Origin: an uncultured Anaeromyxobacter sp.
GTDB lineage: Bacteria > Myxococcota > Myxococcia > Myxococcales > Anaeromyxobacteraceae
Direction of reading: 5' to 3'
Assembly: GCA_903874275.1 (NCBI GenBank)
Contig: CAIQRS010000238.1
Coordinates: 2,844-66,843 of the forward strand
DNA: 64,000 bases
The position numbers were made by a program, and so were the translations under genes. Shown one piece after another: positions 17,300 through 30,292 of this stretch (position 1 is the stretch's first letter; each line of letters opens with the position of its first letter). The notes beneath the pieces are model-generated. The model saw only the letters and a program-made list of their open reading frames with translations, ran no database searches and had not been told where the DNA came from.

Positions 17300-17560
17300 G
17301 TGACCCCCGCTGAGGCGCTCGCCGACATCCGCGGGCTCGCCCGGGCAGGACGCGTTTCCTATGTTCGGCACGCCATCGAGCGGATGGACGAGCGCGGAGT
17401 CACGCGAAGCGACGTGGAGCACGCCCTCATGAATGCTGTTCGGTGCGCCTGGCAGCCACGCAAGGGGACGTGGAAGGCCTTCAGCGTGGATCTGTCAGGT
17501 GACGAGTTGGTGGTGGCGGTGGCCATCGAGAACGGCCTCCTCGTCGTGACCGTGTTCTAG
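17300..17560 (+). CDS. DUF4258-family (BrnT-like) putative toxin
   Basis: 86 aa. RVSYVRHAIERMDERGVTRSDVEHALMNA...LVVAVAIENGLLVVTVF. Confidence 0.8.
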   Translation: MTPAEALADIRGLARAGRVSYVRHAIERMDERGVTRSDVEHALMNAVRCAWQPRKGTWKAFSVDLSGDELVVAVAIENGLLVVTVF

Positions 17561-17568
17561 GAGCAACC

Positions 17569-18063
17569 ATGAAGCGCTGCCCAACCTGCAAGAAGGCGAA
17601 TCTGACGAAGGGGACGACCACGGTCGAGCGGACCTTTCCGTCCCGCGGCGGCAAGGTGCGCGCGGTCGTGGAGAACGTGCCCGCCCTGGTGTGCCGAGGC
17701 TGCGGCGAGGCGGTGGTCGCAGGCGAGGACCTCGGACGGGCCGAACTCATCGCCGCGAGCCGGCTGATGGACGCCGGCGCGCGGTCGGGAGCCCTGCTCT
17801 CGTGGACGCGCCGGGCGCTCGGCCTTCTCGCGACCGACTTGGCCGCGCTCCTCGGCATCACGGCGGAGACCGTCTCCCGCTGGGAGAATGACCGGGTCGA
17901 GCCGGAGCCCGCAGTCTGGAACGTCGTCGCGGACCTCGTCGACGATCGGCTCGAGGGGCGCACCCGGACGCAGGACCGGCTCCGGACGGCCGCCGTATCA
18001 AGGCGCCCGTTCAAGGCACCTGTGACGGTTCGCTTCGAGCCAGCGCTTGCGAGCGGGGGCTGA
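17569..18063 (+). CDS. MqsA-like antitoxin (YgiT zinc ribbon + XRE HTH)
   Basis: CPTCKK..(35)..CRGCGE zinc ribbon. LLATDLAALLGITAETVSRWEND is the HTH. It starts 8 nt after the DUF4258 stop. Confidence 0.8.
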   Translation: MKRCPTCKKANLTKGTTTVERTFPSRGGKVRAVVENVPALVCRGCGEAVVAGEDLGRAELIAASRLMDAGARSGALLSWTRRALGLLATDLAALLGITAETVSRWENDRVEPEPAVWNVVADLVDDRLEGRTRTQDRLRTAAVSRRPFKAPVTVRFEPALASGG

Positions 18064-18072
18064 CCGAGGAGG

Positions 18073-18261
18073 CGACGATGTGTCCCGTCTCCCGTATGTC
18101 TCCCGGACGCTGGGAGAAGCCCGGGGAAGGGTGGGGAAGCCTGGGGAACCGAATCGAGGATTCAAGCAACGGCAACGACGGGTGAAACGACAGAAAGGCG
18201 TGGACTGTCGCATGGCTGGAGTTCACTCACCGTAAATGTTCAAATCCCTTTCCCCGCTCCA
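18073..18261 (+). repeat. conserved ~190-nt non-coding module ending in att core 4
   Basis: Paralog of 11484..11681. The core at 18239..18261 carries one T>C change (TTCAAATCCCTTTCCCCGCTCCA). Confidence 0.7.
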
Positions 18262-18264
18262 CCT

Positions 18265-18290
18265 AACCCCCTGGTTCGCCAGGGGGTTTT
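18265..18290 (+). terminator. intrinsic terminator with UUCG tetraloop
   Basis: AACCCCCTGG-TTCG-CCAGGGGGTT followed by TT. Confidence 0.7.
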
Positions 18291-18299
18291 CAATTCCGG

Positions 18300-18480
18300 A
18301 GCGGAAGAGGGTTCGGCTGTTCGCAATCGGCCCGTGAACACGGCGCTTCCCGCGGACATCCCCGACGATCCCTCTTCCGCTCTCGCAAGTACTCGAAAAT
18401 GGTGCCTCGGCCCGGCGACTTCTCCCGAGTCTCCTCGATGTCTCCCGCGAGGCCTGGTGCGCGCACCGTGTAGACCGTGA
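18300..18480 (-). mobile_element. degenerate fragment of the rve-type IS transposase
   Basis: DNA and translated similarity (ASRETSRRLGRSRR..) to the 28090-28190 part of the copy at 27743..28200. Confidence 0.45.
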
Positions 18481-18568
18481 CTCCACCCACAACGGGGAGG
18501 ACTCCACAAAAGGGGATCAGCTCCACTCGTGATGATCGACGACCCGCGGTTTGCCGTGATCGTTTCCA

Positions 18569-18665
18569 ACATGACCGGCGGAGCCGTCCCCGTTGCAGGG
18601 ATCCCGGCTCTGTCAGCCAGCAGCGTCTGGGCTTCGGAAGGCGAAGTACGCTTGACGTAACGCAT
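18569..18665 (-). pseudogene. 3' fragment of a sigma-factor gene homologous to 3512..4144
   Basis: LLADRAGIPATGTAPPVM compares with LVLADRAGLPVAGTAPLVM*. About 55 nt of DNA similarity (18569-18622 vs 3514-3568). Confidence 0.4.
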
Positions 18666-18670
18666 AACGA

Positions 18671-18970
18671 GTGGCAGACTCCTCTACCGTGATCGCCAGC
18701 TACCGGGACAAGCGGACGCGCGCATTTGCAGAAGGGAAGCGGGTCAAGGCGTTCGACGGGATTCACCGGAAGGCCGAGATGAAGCTCGACCAGCTGGACG
18801 CGGCGTCCGCGGTCAGGGACCTGGACCTTCCCGGCAACCGTCTCGAGGCGCTGAAGGGAGACAGGAAGGGGCAGCACAGCATCAGGATCAACGACCAATG
18901 GCGGATCTGTTTCGCCTGGCCGGACAGATCGCCGGGACCGACCGATGTCGAGATCGTCGACTACCACTGA
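18671..18970 (+). CDS. higB: HigB-family (RelE/ParE fold) toxin
   Basis: DKRTRAFAEGKRVKAFDGIHRKAEMKLDQL...GNRLEALKGDRKGQHSIRINDQWRICFAW. An alternative GTG start lies at 18689. Confidence 0.85.
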   Translation: MADSSTVIASYRDKRTRAFAEGKRVKAFDGIHRKAEMKLDQLDAASAVRDLDLPGNRLEALKGDRKGQHSIRINDQWRICFAWPDRSPGPTDVEIVDYH

Positions 18971-18980
18971 GAGGTGAGAC

Positions 18981-19295
18981 ATGAAGCGCAGTGCGATTCA
19001 CCCCGGCGAGCATCTCGCCGAGCAGCTCGAGGAACTGGGGATGAGTGCCGCCGAGCTTGGGCGGCAGCTCGGGGTCCCGACCAACCGGGTCACGGCCATC
19101 CTGCATGGCCGGCGCTCCATCACGGGCGACACGGCGCTGCGACTGGGGCACTTCTTCGGAAACAGCCCGCAGTTCTGGCTAAATCTACAGGCGCTCTTCG
19201 ACCTGCGAACAGCGGAAAGGAAGGTCGGGGGTAAGATCAACTCGCTCCCAACGCTGAGCGCAGCAATGCGTCGCCGATCGACCGTCGCGGCCTGA
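18981..19295 (+). CDS. higA: HigA-family XRE antitoxin
   Basis: IHPGEHLAEQLEELGMSAAELGRQLGVPTNRVTAILHGRRSITGDTALRLGHFFGNSPQFWLNLQ. Confidence 0.85.
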   Translation: MKRSAIHPGEHLAEQLEELGMSAAELGRQLGVPTNRVTAILHGRRSITGDTALRLGHFFGNSPQFWLNLQALFDLRTAERKVGGKINSLPTLSAAMRRRSTVAA

Positions 19296-19296
19296 C

Positions 19297-19399
19297 AGGA
19301 GGGCTACGAGGAGGCGGAGCATCGAACCGGGGAGAATCCGGGCCCAGGGAGAAATCGTCAATCGTTCCGGGCCGGATGGACTTGTGGCGAGCGAAATTG
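19297..19399 (-). mobile_element. 5' end fragment of the rve-type IS (terminal repeat, 5' UTR, first 9 codons)
   Basis: The minus-strand ATG at 19322 gives MLRLLVALL. The sequence is collinear with 9783-9883 and begins right after the higA stop. Confidence 0.55.
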
Positions 19400-19535
19400 A
19401 ACCTGGTCAGCAATGACGAACGCCCCAAACGGGCAGGGGGGGGGCAGGAGTTGTGATTAGAAAGCTGTCATCTTGAGCGCTGGTACGAACGGAGACTGAC
19501 TGACGGAGAAGGCCATCACCGAAGGCCGCCAGAAG

Positions 19536-22004
<2,469 letters not shown>

Positions 22005-22033
22005 AGAAGAAGCCCACACCCGAGGAGCGCGCC

Positions 22034-22440
22034 CTGTCGTTCGCCACAACACGAGCCGTGAACAAAACGGCGTTTGAAGCGGGGTGGGGCGGGGTGCTGC
22101 CGACGGAAACGGTGCCCCGATCGGGGTGCCAGACGAGTGGATGGACGGCACCACCGACCAGCGAGCACACGATCCCCTTCCACCGATGCTACCGGCGGGG
22201 TGGCCGAGGGGAACCTCGAGCCCAGGACCGTCGACGCCGGCTCATTGGCCGGGCCTCTGCTCGACCGGGCGACCGCACGGAGAGTCCTTGCCTACCCAAA
22301 TGTGCGTCCTGTCTTCGTTGCAGTAGGTGACGAACGACTGGATCAGCTGCCGCAGGTGGCGCTCGTTCAGGACGATGACATGGTCGAGAAGTTCCCGGCG
22401 GGCTGTTCCAACAAACCTCTCCTCGTTCGTCATGGAATCT
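22034..22440 (-). mobile_element. 3' third of the rve-type IS (transposase C-terminus + 3' non-coding region + terminal repeat)
   Basis: The terminal repeat CTGTCGTTCGCCACAA starts at 22034. Minus-strand ..FVGTARRELLDHVIVLNERHLRQLIQSFVTYCNEDRTHIWVGKDSP is a typical integrase-core C-terminus. Confidence 0.7.
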
Positions 22441-22818
22441 CCGGGGGACCAGAACTCGGGAATGAGCCCGGAGTGAAGTCACGGACTTCACTCCAGGCTT
22501 GTGCCGAGGATGCTGGAGAGATTGCCTTGGAGTGCCGCTCGGCTCCGGCAGATGGCTGAAAGGTCACGGAGACCTTCCGGTTGCAGGCGACGCCCTCGCC
22601 GGGTTCACTCGGGCGAGGTAGCCCCAATGAGCAGGGGCAGTCGCTTGCCGACACCGCGCCGAAGTCCATGCTTGACTGAAGGAGAGCCTCGATGGCCGCT
22701 GGTCCGGTGAGAGCCGCTGACCGCGAAGGCTGTGAACGCCGGCACCGTCGGCGCGCCCTCCTCCCCAACCTTCACGTGTGCCGCTTCGACGCGGGCATCC
22801 GCCCGCAGGGGGACTAGA

Positions 22819-23265
22819 ATGAAACGCTATCCGACCTGCCTGGCTGTGGCCCTGTTGATGGCGAGCTGCGGTGGAGGCAGTGACGGCATCACTCCTCTCG
22901 ATGCTGGTTTCGCCAAGACCTGGAGCGGACCTTTTTCGATGACGTGTCCGGGGGCTGGCAACACCGTCGTCCCGGCTGGAACGCTTCCGATATCGGTGTC
23001 AGGCAACGACCTGATGACGAGACTCGCGTGCACAGATGGCACCATCCTCAACGTGACTGCTACGGGATCTGGCTCAACTGCGACCTGGACCGGAACCTTC
23101 AGTTGCCCCCCCGCAGCGCTGGGTACCTGCTCCACCTGGGTATTCACGCGAACGTCCGTGACATTCACGCTGAACTCCAACGGCACGCTCACGGCGTCGG
23201 GCGTCGGCAAGTTGGTAGGGTGTGGGACCTCGGTCGACTGCACTACGAGCTTCTCTGGGACATAG
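22819..23265 (+). CDS. Cys-rich lipoprotein
   Basis: MKRYPTCLAVALLMASCGGG lipobox. Thr/Gly/Cys-rich mature part. GC visibly lower than the neighbours. Confidence 0.6.
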   Translation: MKRYPTCLAVALLMASCGGGSDGITPLDAGFAKTWSGPFSMTCPGAGNTVVPAGTLPISVSGNDLMTRLACTDGTILNVTATGSGSTATWTGTFSCPPAALGTCSTWVFTRTSVTFTLNSNGTLTASGVGKLVGCGTSVDCTTSFSGT

Positions 23266-23358
23266 CGTCCCGATGAACGTGTCAGCCGTAGTCGCGGGCA
23301 GTCTTGGCGACGGGTCAACTTCAGCGGGAGACGCCAGGCGCCGGTCAGCGAGGTCGGC

Positions 23359-23635
23359 ATGAAGTCTAGGTTCCCGTTCACTACCTTGCTGCCCGTGCTG
23401 CTGATCGCTTGGCTCACCGGTTGCGCTCGCTGAGGGCACCTACCGAGTTGTCTTCGGCCAGGGCTACCAGGCCGCCGACGAGGCCCGCCTGCTCGCGGTG
23501 ACCGCGCGCCTCGACCGGGCCACGAACCAACTCGTGTTCACCCTCGCTGAAGGGTCACAGCAGATGCCGGCCTTCTCACCTCGTGATGCCCCACCCGGAA
23601 GTTCTTCATGGCGCTCTCCTCATGGCCTCTTGTGA
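23359..23635 (+). pseudogene. possible frameshifted small lipoprotein gene
   Basis: MKSRFPFTTLLPVLLIAWLTGCAR stops after the lipobox. A protein-like continuation GTYRVVFGQGYQAADEARLLAVTARLDRATNQLVFTLAEG lies in another frame. Confidence 0.25.
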
Positions 23636-23834
23636 CTGCTTGGGCCAGGCAACCCCCTCAAGTCTTCTTGGCAGAGCCCCAGACGCAGAGCCGGTGACGG
23701 CCCACCGAGGTCCCGGCGCGGACCTCCCGAAGGCACCCTACGCCCCAGCAGGGACGCCGCCGTGCTGCAAACCCTAAAGAGACTCCAATCGCTGTGGGTT
23801 CCTCTATTCTCCGCGTGAAACAATCCCGAGGCCC

Positions 23835-27689
<3,855 letters not shown>

Positions 27690-27742
27690 AGGGGAAGCGG
27701 CCATCATTGCCGTCAGCCTTCAGGGATCGACCCCCGGCCCAC

Positions 27743-28200
27743 CTGTCGTTCGCCAAAACACGATCCGTGAACAGAACGGCGCTCGAAGCGGGGTGGGGCA
27801 GGGTGCTGCCGACGGCAACGGGGCCCGGATCGCGGCACCGGACGCGTGAATGGACGGCGCCAACGACCCGAGGGCGAACGAACGCCTCCCGCCGACGCTG
27901 CCGGCGGCGAGGCCGAGGGGAACCTCGAGCCCAGGACCGTCTACGCCGCCTGGCGCCAGGCGCAGCGGCGATGCCGTCCCGGTGGTTCCTGAGGAACGTC
28001 CCCCAGATGGCGGTGGCCCTCGGCGTGCGAGGCAGGGAACGCAGGTACCTGGAGACGCTGCGCTCGGAGACGTCGAAGCCGAGGCACAGCGACTTTCCGT
28101 GAATGCGGAGCGCTTTCGTCTCTCGCAAGTGCGCGAAACCAGCGTCTCCGATCCGGCGACTTCTCCGGACTCTCCCGGATGTCTCCGGCGAGAGCGTCAT
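27743..28200 (-). mobile_element. internally deleted, 5'-truncated copy of the rve-type IS
   Basis: The terminal repeat starts at 27743. The minus-strand fragment RIHGKSLCLGFDVSERSVSRYLRSLPRTPRATAIWGTFLRNHRDGIAA is joined directly to the IS 3' region. Confidence 0.6.
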
Positions 28201-28250
28201 CGGCCGGGGATCGACGTCCGGCGGCGGCGACGGCTGAAGGCGATTCCCTG

Positions 28251-29981
28251 CTACGGCCCGACGAGGGTACGGAACGCCTTCAGCCCTTCGCGCGGCGTCG
28301 CCGGGTCCCGGAACAGCCCGCAGCTCTCCAGTTCGGGGTTCGCCGGTTCGGAGCCAGGGAACCAGTCCGGGTACCAGTAGTGGACCGCCTCGACGCGGCC
28401 GCGCAGGCCGTTCACGAGGTCCACGATCAGGTCACGCTGGCCGATCTCGGTGAAGGGATACCCCGGGGGCGCTGGATGGATCTGTCCGGCAGGCTCCGCC
28501 GGATGGTCGAACTCCACGATCTGGACCGCCTTGCCGATGGACCGGAGGTAGTCGATGGCGGCCACGAAACTCGGCTGGCGAAAATAGGGCTGCGGAACCG
28601 CCTGGCCGGCGTGCATGTACGGATAGCTCAGGGCCGCGATGTCGAATGGCACAGCCAACGCGACCATCGAATCGAAGAACGCGCGCGCGGCGAGGTCGTC
28701 TACGCTATAGCCGAACCCCGCGACGTGTAGCGCGATTCGCGCGCTCGGGTAGACGGAATGGAGTCCGCGAATGCCGGCCTTGAAGAGTGGGGCCACCTTC
28801 GTCCAGATGTTGGCCCGCATCCAGGCGGGGTTGTTCACCGGATCGGTCCCCGGTGGGACGGGAACGGTCTTCACGAGCTCGATACCGCAGAATCCGAAGT
28901 CGGTCTCGTTCCCGATCTCGAAGGTGCCGATGTCGAGACCGAGTGACTGAAAGTACAGGGCCGTGTCCCTCGCGACCCCCTCGATCCGGACGGCCACCTC
29001 CTCCTCGGTGAGTCCCAGCCATTCTACTGGGCGGTCCTGGCGGCCGGCGTGCATCGATGAGTCGCCGAAGAAGAGGACCACCTGGAGCGGGAATCCTGCG
29101 TCTGCTGCCTCCCGCAAGATGGCCCCCGTGACCTCCCAGGAACTCCAGGAGATATCCCTCCACGGGATCGTTCTCCACTCGGAGGGAGGCTTGGTGCGCA
29201 GTTCCGGGGCCGAGTGAATCGTCACCCATGCGCGCATCACCTGCTGCCCGTTCTCGCGAAGCATGGGAATCACGTTCCATTCGGTGCCGCCCCATCGCCA
29301 CCGGTTGAATGAGTCTGAAATGAGGGAGCCGAGCACGACAGGGGCCGTGCTCGGACCGGTGCTGAACGAAGAGGTGAAGGTCCGACCGGGGGTGCCATCC
29401 GTATCGGTCACCACGGCGGTCGAGGAAAGCGTGTAGCGGGTGTCGACCCCGAGGCGTGCTGAAGGCTTGACGCTGACGGTCGTGCCGGCAACGGATACCT
29501 GGATCGGCACGACTCCAGATGGACCGGTCAGTGTGATGGCTCCCGTGGCGACGTTCACGGGCTTCGAGAAGACGAGGGCGAGAGAGGAGTCGAGCCCGAC
29601 GGCGGTAGCGCCGTCGGCTGGCGTGACCGCAATCACGGACGGGGGAACGGCGACCGTTGCCACGAAGTCCTGGCCTGTGACGTTGTTCCCGGCCACGGTC
29701 ACCGCTCTGGTGGCTGGCGAGAAGGTGTAGCCGGCGAGGGAGGGCGTGACCGTGTAGGAGCCGTTCGCGAGCCCGGAGAAGGAGTAGGTACCAGAGGGTC
29801 CGGTCGTGGTTGTGGCGCTGCCTGCGCCCGAAAGAGCGACCGTGACGCCAGGTGCGATTGTGCCGCTCACGGAGCCCGAGATCGCGTCGGTCGGACCAGC
29901 GCCGTCGCCACAGGAGGACAGCACGAGTCCAGAAAGTGCGACCAAGAAAAGTAGGGGGCGGTGCTTGCCTGAGCGTCGCAT
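28251..29981 (-). CDS. lipoprotein with Ig-like/CarboxypepD_reg-like N-terminal domains and a glycoside-hydrolase-like TIM-barrel C-terminal domain
   Basis: MRRSGKHRPLLFLVALSGLVLSSCG lipobox. GSYTVTPSLAGYTFSPA repeat. The C-terminal ..FEIGNETDFGFCG.. resembles GH53/GH5-type catalytic regions, but the family is uncertain. Confidence 0.75.
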   Translation of the reverse strand: MRRSGKHRPLLFLVALSGLVLSSCGDGAGPTDAISGSVSGTIAPGVTVALSGAGSATTTTGPSGTYSFSGLANGSYTVTPSLAGYTFSPATRAVTVAGNNVTGQDFVATVAVPPSVIAVTPADGATAVGLDSSLALVFSKPVNVATGAITLTGPSGVVPIQVSVAGTTVSVKPSARLGVDTRYTLSSTAVVTDTDGTPGRTFTSSFSTGPSTAPVVLGSLISDSFNRWRWGGTEWNVIPMLRENGQQVMRAWVTIHSAPELRTKPPSEWRTIPWRDISWSSWEVTGAILREAADAGFPLQVVLFFGDSSMHAGRQDRPVEWLGLTEEEVAVRIEGVARDTALYFQSLGLDIGTFEIGNETDFGFCGIELVKTVPVPPGTDPVNNPAWMRANIWTKVAPLFKAGIRGLHSVYPSARIALHVAGFGYSVDDLAARAFFDSMVALAVPFDIAALSYPYMHAGQAVPQPYFRQPSFVAAIDYLRSIGKAVQIVEFDHPAEPAGQIHPAPPGYPFTEIGQRDLIVDLVNGLRGRVEAVHYWYPDWFPGSEPANPELESCGLFRDPATPREGLKAFRTLVGP

Positions 29982-30292
29982 CCAGTGCTCCTGGGAGGCC
30001 CGAGAGGGGCACCTCCAAGCGGTGTATGGCACAACCGCCCACCTGTTCACACGGGATTGTCCCTTAGGGAGCGCTTGGTCGGCAGAATCGGCCTACTGGC
30101 GACGGTCGGTCCGAAGTCTGACTCAGTAATTCTAGGGACTCAGCATTTTCCCGGTGCACCCGCATACCCCCGTTGGGGTCGCTTGAGTCTACACGCCCCT
30201 ACATGGCAGCGTCGGGTCCTTCACAAAGCTGGAGCGCACAAGTCCAGTGCTCGAGGAGAAGGAAGGATGGGCTATCGCAGTAGGAGCCACCC

